From Bdellovibrio sp. (GTDB lineage: Bacteria; Bdellovibrionota; Bdellovibrionia; Bdellovibrionales; Bdellovibrionaceae), in contig JAKFCY010000002.1 in the NCBI GenBank assembly GCA_036676395.1, positions 1,888,001 through 1,952,000 on the forward strand: DNA of 64,000 nt. Reading direction: 5' to 3'. The notes under the pieces are model-generated. The model was not told the origin of the DNA. It did no database searches and worked only from the letters and a program-made list of their open reading frames with translations. Positions 30,879-40,687 of the stretch are shown here, piece after piece; the first letter of the stretch is position 1, and each line of letters starts with the position of its first letter. Position numbers and translations under genes: made by a program.

Positions 30879-31910
30879 GTGAAAGCCTGCAAAACTATTT
30901 TCATTTCAGCCCTTTTATCAGCCCTAACTGTGTTTGCCGGCCCTAGCGTTATTGGCAACGGTGGCAATGGTGTTTTTTTAGAAAACAAATTTTATGTTCT
31001 TGATCTGGTTGAAGCAGATTCTCATACCAGACCCTTCCTTAAAGAAACCATAGCCACGTACTATTACGATCGCTTAAAGTACGCACTTCATGCGCTTGAA
31101 GATCCGTCTCTTGTAGCCCTTGTTTCCAGAAAAATTACCGAGGCTGGAGCCCTTGATTTAATTTACACCGAAGCCCTACTACGTACTTTTGAAGCTATTC
31201 GCTGGAACTTGGTTGATTATCGTTTAACACCGATGCCTGTAGTAACTCCAGTAGCAGCAGATCAGCACCAAATTGCAATTCGCACGAGCGATAATATTCT
31301 GATCGATCGCTACTATTGGAATTTATTAACTCCCGAACATCGTACAGCCTTATTATTTCACGAAGTTAATTTTATTCTGATTCGCCCTAGCTCAACCGCG
31401 GACGATGATGACTTTCAAAAATCAGCCTTTCAATCACGCTTACTTACAGGTTATATTTTTTCAGATTCAATGGCGAAAGAATTCGGCCCATCTTTTTCGC
31501 GCCGTTTGTATCCGCTTTTTCCTTCGAAATTAATGAAAATCAACGGCGAAGATGTTTTTTCGGTTTATAAAACTAAAGCATTTTCAGCGTTTGCCTATGA
31601 AGATGTGATTACGGCAAATCCTTATCTTGAAATTATTTTTAAAGAATCTAAAGTTAAAATGAATGTTTTCAGAGCCAGCCAGGACGATGTCATTACAGCT
31701 ATTTGCAAGCAAAATGAATTACCAAAGTTAGTGCAACTACGCACTCACATTATGCATTTAGAGCTTTATAAAGGTGATAATAATTCGCAGGATTACCTGT
31801 CGTTTCACCCTGCTTCAGACGAAGGTTTTCCAGCAGTAAAACCCTTGAAAAGCACCTGCGTGCAACAAGCTTCAAAATTGCATCACGATCTTATACGTCA
31901 CATCGATTAA
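30879..31910 (+). CDS. Secreted hypothetical protein with GNGG motif and degenerate zincin-like HE motif
   Basis: GTG start 1 nt after the upstream stop; signal peptide then GPSVIGNGGNG; ALLFHEVNF. Confidence 0.65.
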   Translation: MKACKTIFISALLSALTVFAGPSVIGNGGNGVFLENKFYVLDLVEADSHTRPFLKETIATYYYDRLKYALHALEDPSLVALVSRKITEAGALDLIYTEALLRTFEAIRWNLVDYRLTPMPVVTPVAADQHQIAIRTSDNILIDRYYWNLLTPEHRTALLFHEVNFILIRPSSTADDDDFQKSAFQSRLLTGYIFSDSMAKEFGPSFSRRLYPLFPSKLMKINGEDVFSVYKTKAFSAFAYEDVITANPYLEIIFKESKVKMNVFRASQDDVITAICKQNELPKLVQLRTHIMHLELYKGDNNSQDYLSFHPASDEGFPAVKPLKSTCVQQASKLHHDLIRHID

Positions 31911-31911
31911 G

Positions 31912-32346
31912 TTATTTAATGTCTAAAACTCTGACTGTGGAACTGACCTGATTTTTATTAATGTACCCAATGGCATTCGGGTTTTTCAATAGCCAATTGA
32001 TCATGGCACGGTCATTTTCACTGCCTACGAATGCCGGTGGGCCTTCACGACCACGAAAAACCTGGATCATCCAGAAGTTTTTAATTTGATCAGCACCCCG
32101 CCCGAAAAATGATTGATAGAAAGCTTCCTTAACTTCGCCTTCAGCTTGATCACGTGGTTCTACACTAACTTTATCACCGACTTGACGAATTTTTTTGTAA
32201 TAGATCAGCTTTAATTCTGAAGCAGAAATTGTCATTATATTACTTTTTTGACTAACAACAACGACAACATCGGGTTCGGCTTGGGCATAGCTGACTACAA
32301 ACTTAAGAATAATCCAAACGAAAATAATTTTCTTAAACAGATTCAT
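31912..32346 (-). CDS. Small periplasmic PstS-like substrate-binding protein
   Basis: Start ATG 32346 overlaps the upstream TAA (TAATG); VVVVSQKS...ELKLIY...FW...F.G...PP...NPNAIGYI. Confidence 0.75.
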   Translation of the reverse strand: MNLFKKIIFVWIILKFVVSYAQAEPDVVVVVSQKSNIMTISASELKLIYYKKIRQVGDKVSVEPRDQAEGEVKEAFYQSFFGRGADQIKNFWMIQVFRGREGPPAFVGSENDRAMINWLLKNPNAIGYINKNQVSSTVRVLDIK

Positions 32347-33506
32347 TAAAACACCGCCGTCAAGCCTGCACCTAAGGCCCACTCGGGTTCTGTCGGTGCT
32401 GTCGCAAATGGAGTTGTTCCCTTTTGTACATGAGACCGTTTCAATTCTATCTTGAACTTTGTATGATCATTAAGAGTGTGCGTTGAACCCAATGTTTGAA
32501 TATCATAGCGGCTTGAATGAGACTTCGTCTGATATTTTGAAAAAGTGTAAAACGGAGTTAGTTTTTCAAATTTTTGGCCGACAGTAATGTAATAGGCTTC
32601 GCTGGGGTCGGCTTGAATTCCTAAAGTGTTGTCCCAATCAAAACGCGTACGTGCATATTCAGACATCAATAAATATTTTGCAGAGTTTAATTCTAATCCC
32701 GCCGAATATAATTCGTAGTCGCCATACAATGCCAGTTGCCCGGTCTGCACGCCAGTTAGTGGAATTGGCAAACCTGGCAGAAAAACTGTACCACTACTTG
32801 CGGTGATCATTAGATCAATATTGGATTGTAATGCCGAATACGCCAATCTGAAAGTTAAGAGCTCATCACGATAAATCAAATTAGCACCGCGCAAACGAGA
32901 CAGCCCACCGCTAAGTTCAATATTTGAAATTCCCAGAGTATTTGCTTGGCTTTCTCTATTAAGTGCGGCATTTCCACCGTAAATTTCTAATATGATTTCA
33001 CGTAAAGAATCTGTTGCACGATAAAGAGAAGATTCAATCAGCACGCCAGTGAAGTTACGAAATGGCTCAGCACCATAGACAGCTACTGGTGGAACAAGCC
33101 ACGGATAAGTGTATCCAACATCTAAGCGATCCGAAACCATCCATATTGGATACTTTTGTTTTCCTAAAAAAATATTTGTTTTATCTGTTAGGCTATAACC
33201 TAACAGCATCCAATCAAAAGTCGCTTCAAAGTTATCTGTGCCTTTTCCTAAAACTTGCGAAACAAATCGCATATCTGGAGCTAGTTGAACGTTCGCTTGC
33301 AAACCCACCGTCGAAAATCGGGTAAAGTTAGTTTCTTGATCCAATTGTAATAAATTATGATCAGAAAAATCTTGTAGCGCTATCAGGTTTACGAATCCAC
33401 GCCACTTGATCTCTGTAGGCAGTGGAATGGGCAATACAGCTTCTTGGGCAAAAACTGAGTGCGAAAAAATTAGCAAGAATTTAACAATGACAACGAATTT
33501 AAACAT
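32346..33506 (-). CDS. Porin-like outer-membrane beta-barrel
   Basis: Signal peptide; GLQ...FDWMLLGY...GKQKYP.W.VSD.L.VGY.YPW..PP.VY; C-terminal F. Confidence 0.75.
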   Translation of the reverse strand: MFKFVVIVKFLLIFSHSVFAQEAVLPIPLPTEIKWRGFVNLIALQDFSDHNLLQLDQETNFTRFSTVGLQANVQLAPDMRFVSQVLGKGTDNFEATFDWMLLGYSLTDKTNIFLGKQKYPIWMVSDRLDVGYTYPWLVPPVAVYGAEPFRNFTGVLIESSLYRATDSLREIILEIYGGNAALNRESQANTLGISNIELSGGLSRLRGANLIYRDELLTFRLAYSALQSNIDLMITASSGTVFLPGLPIPLTGVQTGQLALYGDYELYSAGLELNSAKYLLMSEYARTRFDWDNTLGIQADPSEAYYITVGQKFEKLTPFYTFSKYQTKSHSSRYDIQTLGSTHTLNDHTKFKIELKRSHVQKGTTPFATAPTEPEWALGAGLTAVF

Positions 33507-33615
33507 GTTTGGCTTGTTTCCTATAGTCTTATAACTAAGTTATATGTGACTAAAGCACTGTACAATTATCCGATGCAGATAACTCAGCTCGTCGTCTACT
33601 TTTGAGGCGTTTTTT

Positions 33616-33644
33616 TTAATACTTTGCATACTTTTTGCCGATAA
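33616..33644 (+). promoter_or_regulatory. Sigma28-type promoter of the hybrid kinase
   Basis: TTAAT-N16-GCCGATAA-N6-ATG(33651). Confidence 0.55.
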
Positions 33645-33650
33645 GATGAC

Positions 33651-35927
33651 ATGAAATCTTTAAAGCAAGCCATCTTACAGAACTTTTTGACTGTCGTTGG
33701 CCTAACCATGTGTTTAACAATCACCTGGTCAGTGTATAACACCTGGGTTGCAGCCATTGATTCTGGTAAAACTACGGTCAAAGATTATGCTTCGCTATTG
33801 GATGGCTTGTTACAAGAACAAAGTTCAGCTCTTCGCTACAAAGCGGTTTCTGCTTTTGTCACAGCGGGAGCAAATCTTGAAGACAACGAAGCCGTTATAT
33901 TTTTTCCGGTTGATCCTAGTAAAATAGCCTCTACGAAAATAACCATTACAGAAAAAATTCAGCAAAATAGTAAATCGATCAGTAACAACGGCTTCTGCAT
34001 TGTCGATGGCCAGCTTTTTTTCACCTATAAGGGTTTTTGGTTTGATAATAACCAAAATGAACAAGAGGCCGTATTTGCCAAAGCCATCAACACGCAGTTT
34101 TTATTAGAACTGCAAAAACGGGCTGGATTAGAATTATTTATTTCCATTGGCAATCAAGTTACGGCCAGTACGTTTTTAGATTTCAATAACATTCCGGTTA
34201 ACCCCATCATGAAAGAGTCATTTCTTAATTCTTTACAGTCTGAAGTGGTTTACGAGGAGACAATTCAGGTTCCTTCATACCGGGGATTTAAAAAAAATGG
34301 TCATGAGTTTAATGCCAAAGAAAAAGAAATTAAGTCATTTATTACTTCTGTTTCATTTCTTGATGAACAGCGTAAAACCATTGCCCATTTAGGCATGGTC
34401 ATTCCAACTGACGTTTTGTTATACGGACCCAAAAAAAGTCTTGCCGGCTTTTTAGTTCTGAGTCTTTTGGTTTTATTTCTTTCTGGGTTGGTCGCAATAC
34501 GTCTGTCAAACAAGCTATCGCGGCCAATTACCGAATTTTCTAAAGAAGCCCGCGCCCTTTCAAGCTCAATTGTCATTGATAGCTCAGAACATACCCTTAC
34601 CGCAGATACAAATAATTTAATGCCCGAAGAAGACACCTCTGAATTAGACACCTTACGCCGTTCACTAAATGTACTTCGTCAAGAGATCGAACGCAGCGAA
34701 GGCTACAAACATGATTTAAAAACGACAAAACAAAGTCTTAAAGAGAACGAACAACATCTTATTGCCGCTAAAGAATCGGCCTTGGCAGCTGCTCGCGGTA
34801 AAGCTGATTTTTTAGCAAACATGAGTCATGAAATCCGAACGCCAATGAATGGCATTATTGGATTATCCACTATACTTTTAGACACTGAACTGCAAGATGA
34901 GCAACGCGGCTACACCAAAGACATTCTTAAATCCGCACAAAATTTACTAACGATTCTAAATGACATTTTAGATTTTTCTAAAATTGAAGCCGGTAAATTA
35001 GAAATTGAAACTATTGATTTCAAAATCTCTGAATTACTTGAAGACATTAATCGCGTGTTTGGAGTTACGGCTAAGAACGCCGATTTAAAATTAAATTTTC
35101 ATGTTCCGAATATGACTAATAAATTATGTGGTGACCCTACCCGGATTCGCCAAATTCTTTTTAATTTGGTTTCAAATGCTATTAAATTTACGCGCGAAGG
35201 TGAAATAATAGTGAGTGCGGTAGTTACCAATATCGATCATGACAAAGTATCAGTTCGTTTTGAAGTGAAAGATACAGGTATCGGTATTCCAGATTCAGAA
35301 AAAAATCGCCTTTTTAGTGCTTTTGAACAAGTTGATAGCTCAACCACCAGAAAATACGGCGGTACCGGCTTAGGGCTTTCAATCTCAAAACGTCTGGTGA
35401 GTTTGATGCACGGAAAAATAGATTTTACCAGTACTCAGGGAAAAGGTTCGACTTTTTGGTTTGAAATTCCACTCAAAATTGGCGAAGCGATTACACAACA
35501 TTCAAGTAGCCAACCGGCACAAGATGCAAATACCTTTACGCCTTTAAAGGCTCATATTTTAGTTGCTGAAGACAACAATATTAATCAAATCGTCATCAAA
35601 AAAATGCTTTCAAAAATTGGCTGTAGCCATGTTGTCGTCGCTAACGGCGTTGGAGCCATTCACGCTTTGCAGAAAGAAGCTTTCGACCTTATTCTGATGG
35701 ACTGCCAAATGCCGGAACTTGATGGCTTTGAAGCTACCCGACGTATTCGCCAAATGTCTGAACCATTTAGAAATTTACCAATTATTGCCCTTACCGCAGG
35801 AGCCCTTCAAGAAGACCGTGACCGCAGTATAGCTGCTGGCATGAATGATCACTTATCAAAACCTTTAGACGTTGAAACTTTATATAAGACCCTCAGACGT
35901 CATTTTAAAAAAAATCTACGGACCTAG
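33651..35927 (+). CDS. Hybrid sensor histidine kinase (periplasmic sensor, HisKA, HATPase, REC)
   Basis: Two TMs; [40 protein letters not shown] domain [12 protein letters not shown]. Confidence 0.95.
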   Translation: MKSLKQAILQNFLTVVGLTMCLTITWSVYNTWVAAIDSGKTTVKDYASLLDGLLQEQSSALRYKAVSAFVTAGANLEDNEAVIFFPVDPSKIASTKITITEKIQQNSKSISNNGFCIVDGQLFFTYKGFWFDNNQNEQEAVFAKAINTQFLLELQKRAGLELFISIGNQVTASTFLDFNNIPVNPIMKESFLNSLQSEVVYEETIQVPSYRGFKKNGHEFNAKEKEIKSFITSVSFLDEQRKTIAHLGMVIPTDVLLYGPKKSLAGFLVLSLLVLFLSGLVAIRLSNKLSRPITEFSKEARALSSSIVIDSSEHTLTADTNNLMPEEDTSELDTLRRSLNVLRQEIERSEGYKHDLKTTKQSLKENEQHLIAAKESALAAARGKADFLANMSHEIRTPMNGIIGLSTILLDTELQDEQRGYTKDILKSAQNLLTILNDILDFSKIEAGKLEIETIDFKISELLEDINRVFGVTAKNADLKLNFHVPNMTNKLCGDPTRIRQILFNLVSNAIKFTREGEIIVSAVVTNIDHDKVSVRFEVKDTGIGIPDSEKNRLFSAFEQVDSSTTRKYGGTGLGLSISKRLVSLMHGKIDFTSTQGKGSTFWFEIPLKIGEAITQHSSSQPAQDANTFTPLKAHILVAEDNNINQIVIKKMLSKIGCSHVVVANGVGAIHALQKEAFDLILMDCQMPELDGFEATRRIRQMSEPFRNLPIIALTAGALQEDRDRSIAAGMNDHLSKPLDVETLYKTLRRHFKKNLRT

Positions 35928-36626
35928 TAGACTCTGAGGATTAAATCCAAGGCGTAATAAATTACGCCATTCATCTCTTAAAATTCCACGCACATGACTT
36001 AGGTTAGCTCCATTTCCACTACCACCTACGCAAGTTGCCAATGGAGAATAATTTCTAACATCGCAATACTTTGCCCGAATTGTTTGTGGTGTTGGTGAAA
36101 TTAGACGAAACCATTCTTCTTGGGTAATGGGTGTTGCACTCATTCCGGGATCTACAACTAAAACTTGGCCGTTAAAGATATAGGCTGCCGCCATGTGGTA
36201 GCGCCAATAGACACGCCGACCATTTTTAGCATAAGGAGAATCGAATTCTAGATTTCCGTAAGCATAGATTTTTCCGGGCTGGGGTAATCTTTTTTGCTTG
36301 GCCAGATAAGAAACGTGGGCGGCTTTGGCGTAGCACCCGTTGGCTGGATATAACCATGGACCACGGCGCAAAAAATTTCCTGGGTTTGGGTTATCGTGCA
36401 TTCGAATCTGCGCGGCCTCTGTCGCAAATGCGGTAAGTTGTTCTATCGGCAGCGGCCATGTCGGCATCACATTTGGCGAAGTCGCGCTGATTTGCACAAT
36501 GCCGTCATTGGCTAAGGATTGCTGCCAATGCTGATGTGGCAGACGTTCTTGCGAAAGCCCTAGCTCCGAACTTAATGCAACAATAGGAAAGAACAGTGAT
36601 AATAAAAGCGATGCAAAATACCCCAC
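35916..36626 (-). CDS. Protein-glutamine glutaminase family protein (secreted)
   Basis: GCYAKA (Cys), WRYHMA (His), VVDP (Asp) triad pattern; GTG 36626 after GGAGG. Confidence 0.75.
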   Translation of the reverse strand: MGYFASLLLSLFFPIVALSSELGLSQERLPHQHWQQSLANDGIVQISATSPNVMPTWPLPIEQLTAFATEAAQIRMHDNPNPGNFLRRGPWLYPANGCYAKAAHVSYLAKQKRLPQPGKIYAYGNLEFDSPYAKNGRRVYWRYHMAAAYIFNGQVLVVDPGMSATPITQEEWFRLISPTPQTIRAKYCDVRNYSPLATCVGGSGNGANLSHVRGILRDEWRNLLRLGFNPQSLLGP

Positions 36627-36668
36627 AACAGCCTCCACTGTTAAAGAACAGCAAAGGCTATACCGTGG

Positions 36669-37490
36669 TTATGTTTCTAGATCGAAGCTTCCGGTTTTGC
36701 GCAATTGGCCCACGACCTGGTCGACTTCTAATTCTTTTTCGAACTCCACCACAAGTGAGCCATCGATCAAAATCTTAGGATTAATCGCTAATTTTAGAAC
36801 TTCACGATAAACTTTTTTCGCCGTTGGATTTTTGCGGGCATTTTTTAAATAAGTAATTACATTTGATAAAACGATAAACGGGTAAAAAATCAAAAACCAG
36901 CAAAACGCACTGAATTTAAATTCTGAGAAGTGAATGTTTTTTATTCTAAAACCAGTCAGTTTTCCCATAAGGCGTAACTTTTGAATGCCGATTAAAAACA
37001 CGTGCCCTAAATAGATTTCGTTATCTTTTACGTTTTGATTTAACCAGATAGAATCAACTTCATTCGGCGCCATGTAACGATTAAATCTTTCAGACTCAGT
37101 TAACAAATAACTTAGTTTAGCTACGATATTTGAATAATTCGGAGTCGTTACGATTAAAGTTCCACCCATTTTCAAAATGTGTGAAAAGTTTTTTAAACTT
37201 TTTAACTGATCTGAAAAGTGTTCAATACCCTCTTGACATAAAATCATATCAACTGAGTTCTTTTCTAATGGAAGACCCGTCATAGCATCGGCTTTAACAC
37301 ATCGTAAGGCCGGGTATTTAAAAAATTCAGGAAACAAATCAAAAGGCAAAACTTTGATGTTCCAGCCTTTTTCATTTAAGAATTGAGAGATCACACCTGA
37401 ACCGGCAGGAAAATCCACAACGGTTTTACCCTTGAACAGGGTCTCATTTGAATTCACATAAGCTTTAAAAATTTCTTTAAAATCTCTCAT
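36669..37490 (-). CDS. Class I SAM-dependent methyltransferase
   Basis: VVDFPAGSG, DMILCQEGIEH, LKMGGTLIVTTPN. Confidence 0.88.
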   Translation of the reverse strand: MRDFKEIFKAYVNSNETLFKGKTVVDFPAGSGVISQFLNEKGWNIKVLPFDLFPEFFKYPALRCVKADAMTGLPLEKNSVDMILCQEGIEHFSDQLKSLKNFSHILKMGGTLIVTTPNYSNIVAKLSYLLTESERFNRYMAPNEVDSIWLNQNVKDNEIYLGHVFLIGIQKLRLMGKLTGFRIKNIHFSEFKFSAFCWFLIFYPFIVLSNVITYLKNARKNPTAKKVYREVLKLAINPKILIDGSLVVEFEKELEVDQVVGQLRKTGSFDLET

Positions 37491-37505
37491 ATTTTTAACT
37501 TCAAT

Positions 37506-38588
37506 CTACGGCGATATAAAATCGCAATATTTTTTGCTTTGGTCTTTAAACTTTTGTTTAAACATAACCAGCATTTTTTGCGTTAGGTTTTTAATTTCAG
37601 TTTTATCTTTAGCCCACTGGTTTAACTTTTGAACTAAATTGCTTTCATCATAAAACAATGACCAGTCGTTAAATTCAGATTCATCTGAATAAACTTTATC
37701 AAGCAACAAAGGCTTTTCGATCATAATTGATAAAGAATAGGTGCCTGAAATTTTATATTTCTTATATAGATCGAAATACTGATTTTTTGGTCCGATCAAA
37801 GTCATTAGCAAATCTGCTGAATCAATTTGGCTATAGACTTCATTTTGCGGAACAAAGTGATCATAAAAAGAAAAGTTTTTTTCTAGCCCAGCAGCCTTAA
37901 CTTTTTCGATAAGGTCTTTGCCATCTTTTTTACCGGCATTGCCTAAAATCACAAATTTTATGTTACTCGCTAATTTTTCTGACCCGCTTGTTAACGTTTG
38001 GATTAAGTCTAAATAATCACGACGGTGAAATTCGACAAAACCCGGAATTGCAATCTTTAATTCTTCTGGGTTTTCGTTTTTCTTTAGTTTGTAATCAGTC
38101 ATGTTAATGTAAAACGAAGAAAATTTAAATTTATCCGAAACTTTGCCGGTTAGGTTTTTAATAACGTAATCGGCTAAGACAAAGTATTTTTTAATTTTCA
38201 GATTAATTAATGATTGAGTCAGGCTTCCGAAAATAAATTTATCCGCATTGTGATGAACTCCGATAAACTCGGTTCTTAAAAATAAACCTAACAGCGAAAG
38301 CCACTTAACCGACTGCCCTTGCCCGTCGTTCATCACGGCGTAGTCAGCGTCGATCGCTCTAATTTTTTTGAACGCGGTCCAGATGGCTTTAAATTTTGAA
38401 TCTTTTGGTAAAACTGTCGCAGACTTGATTAAATCAGACTCGGTAAGATCTTTGGGTAAACCACGGACGACTTCTTCGGTTGAAATGACATGCATTTCAA
38501 AACGATCTTTGGCTAAATACAACTGCGCGATCATCACATCAATTTGCAGAGGAGAAAAATCTATCCAAACCGTTTTTTTTGCACTCAT
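37506..38588 (-). CDS. Putative GT-B fold glycosyltransferase
   Basis: Two-domain alpha/beta pattern; IAIPGFVEFHRRDY, FVILG, FVPQNEVY...ADLL; weak support. Confidence 0.55.
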   Translation of the reverse strand: MSAKKTVWIDFSPLQIDVMIAQLYLAKDRFEMHVISTEEVVRGLPKDLTESDLIKSATVLPKDSKFKAIWTAFKKIRAIDADYAVMNDGQGQSVKWLSLLGLFLRTEFIGVHHNADKFIFGSLTQSLINLKIKKYFVLADYVIKNLTGKVSDKFKFSSFYINMTDYKLKKNENPEELKIAIPGFVEFHRRDYLDLIQTLTSGSEKLASNIKFVILGNAGKKDGKDLIEKVKAAGLEKNFSFYDHFVPQNEVYSQIDSADLLMTLIGPKNQYFDLYKKYKISGTYSLSIMIEKPLLLDKVYSDESEFNDWSLFYDESNLVQKLNQWAKDKTEIKNLTQKMLVMFKQKFKDQSKKYCDFISP

Positions 38589-38646
38589 TCAGCTCATAAG
38601 TTCACTTAAAACCCACACCCTGTCAACGGGCTGAATTTAGCTTACT

Positions 38647-39600
38647 TTAGCGGCAAGTTCCCGTCTTAGGATCGGCTTCGATTTGCATGAACCATTTTTC
38701 TGACATCTGCGGGCAAAGCCTACTATAGAAACTGATCCCAAAATGCACTGATGGATTTTTTCGATCTGGAGATTTATTGTTCGGGTACATACTTACAAAC
38801 GTTGTTTTATTCGCATGCTCTAAGACTACATTTGTTGTGTTACCGATTTTCTTTTGTGGAAAATTAGCTAAGTCGATCACACAGCGTTTATTGCCTTCGG
38901 TGGCCACATATTTAAATGCAACTACTTTATTATTCACGATCTTAGCTTCAAGCGTAGCTGCAAATGTTAAGCGAATGCCACTGATGATATCGCCAAAATA
39001 ACTACATTTAATATCTGCGTTTAAATCTTCTTTCATCTGGCCAGTGGCACTTGTTTTAATATTGCCTTTACCACTGATCGGGCCTGCTGTTAAAGTCGGT
39101 AACGGATCAGTAATACAATCCAAACACTCTGTCGGTTTTGGATTTTTAATAGCTTTTAATTTATCGGTTGCGGCATTCATGGTATCTAACGCAGAACGCG
39201 CCGGTGGTGTGTACTCTTCTGGATCTGGCGAACGATAGGCTGTAATTGGCGCGCGAGCTTCCATTCTTTCGGCGCGATCAGGAAATTTCGTCATCGTACC
39301 CATCGCAGTGAAAAAATTAAATAATGGATTTTGCGCGCTTTGCGAAGCCCACATCGTTTGCCCCATGTGCGGACCCGATTGTGGCACAAACTGCATCGCA
39401 TATTGGTTATTACCCATGTTCACCGTTTGCAATAAACGTAGACGGTCTTGCGGGCTAATCGTGGCCATTTGCAATTGCTGTTGTGGTGTTAAGTTTTGCG
39501 GGTACATTTGCCGCATGTAGATATCAAGTTGTGACGGCTGTGCTGGCACCTGCGCATTCGCATACGTTAATAAAAGTAAGAATCCTAGAATAATTTTCAC
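38647..39600 (-). CDS. Secreted hypothetical protein (Gln/Met-rich N-terminus, CxxC)
   Basis: GTG 39600 gives signal peptide VKIILGFLLLLTYANA; TECLDC motif. Confidence 0.65.
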   Translation of the reverse strand: MKIILGFLLLLTYANAQVPAQPSQLDIYMRQMYPQNLTPQQQLQMATISPQDRLRLLQTVNMGNNQYAMQFVPQSGPHMGQTMWASQSAQNPLFNFFTAMGTMTKFPDRAERMEARAPITAYRSPDPEEYTPPARSALDTMNAATDKLKAIKNPKPTECLDCITDPLPTLTAGPISGKGNIKTSATGQMKEDLNADIKCSYFGDIISGIRLTFAATLEAKIVNNKVVAFKYVATEGNKRCVIDLANFPQKKIGNTTNVVLEHANKTTFVSMYPNNKSPDRKNPSVHFGISFYSRLCPQMSEKWFMQIEADPKTGTCR

Positions 39601-39607
39601 ACCTTCT

Positions 39608-39635
39608 GTATCGACAAAAAGTGGCACCAGATTAA
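39608..39635 (-). promoter_or_regulatory. Sigma28-type promoter
   Basis: TTAAT-N15-GTCGATAC-N7-GTG(39600). Confidence 0.5.
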
Positions 39636-39678
39636 TGCGACTTGAGTCTAGGTGTACAACCATGATAGGACTAGCGCC

Positions 39679-40680
39679 ATGAACATCGCCATAAAGCTAT
39701 TAATGACGTTTTTACCAATTATAACAGCATCACTTTCAGGCTTTGCTTATAATGTTAATCCAGACAAAATTTCAATGTCCGGCATTTCAGCCGGAGCTTT
39801 TTTCGCGCATCAAATGCATGTGACTTATTCGCAAACTCTTACCGGCGGCATTGCGATGATTGCCGGTGGCGTTTACAATTGCTCACGCGGAAGTGCAATA
39901 ACAGCACAAAACAGCTGCATGAAAATTTCTGGTTCTCAAACTTCTATAGACCAAACAATTGTCGACATTACGAATTTAGGCAAAAATAAAAAAATCGATT
40001 CTCTTGAGCATATCGCAAAAGCAAAAGTATTTTTAATGTCTGGCAAATTCGACGATGTCGTTTTACCTCCAGTAGTTGATAAAGTCGAAGAGCTTTACCT
40101 CAAGCTTAATGTACCGGCGCAAAATATTGTGTACAATAAAACGATTGCCATGGGGCACGCTTTTCCAACAGTTGATTACGGCAATCCTTGTTCATCGCCG
40201 AGATCTTCGCCCTTCATCAGCAACTGCAATTATGATGGAGCATTTGAAATTTTAAATTTCTTTCATGGTCCACTAGAAAATAAAATTGCGGCCGTAGAAA
40301 AAAACTTAATCCAAATCTCACAAGCTAAATTTTTTCAAAAAATTACGGCCTTTAAAACATCAATGGCAGAATTTGCTGCAGTCTACGTACCGACACGATG
40401 CCAGCAAGGTTATGAATGTGCTTTGCATATTTCTTTTCATGGCTGTCTGCAGTCACATCAAGATATAGGTGATGCTTACACACATAAGTTAGGCTTTAAC
40501 GAATGGGCTGAGGCCAATAACATTATTATTTTCTACCCACAAATCACGAAAAACTTTTTCTTAGGCAACCCGAATGCCTGCTGGGATTGGTGGGGTTACA
40601 CCGGATCAGATTTTAACACCAAAAACTCGGTTCAGATGAGTGTTATTTACAAGATGATCCAGGATTTAATTAAAAAATAA
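39679..40680 (+). CDS. Extracellular PHB depolymerase-family esterase
   Basis: SGISAG lipase box, GHAFP, FHGCLQ, WAEANNIIIFYPQ, NPNACWDWWGY; AGGA RBS. Confidence 0.88.
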   Translation: MNIAIKLLMTFLPIITASLSGFAYNVNPDKISMSGISAGAFFAHQMHVTYSQTLTGGIAMIAGGVYNCSRGSAITAQNSCMKISGSQTSIDQTIVDITNLGKNKKIDSLEHIAKAKVFLMSGKFDDVVLPPVVDKVEELYLKLNVPAQNIVYNKTIAMGHAFPTVDYGNPCSSPRSSPFISNCNYDGAFEILNFFHGPLENKIAAVEKNLIQISQAKFFQKITAFKTSMAEFAAVYVPTRCQQGYECALHISFHGCLQSHQDIGDAYTHKLGFNEWAEANNIIIFYPQITKNFFLGNPNACWDWWGYTGSDFNTKNSVQMSVIYKMIQDLIKK

Positions 40681-40687
40681 TTATTTT

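Noticed and set aside
39622..39638. TGGCAC as a sigma54 promoter for the PHB depolymerase gene
   Set aside because: No TTGC at the -12 position (reads TAAT).
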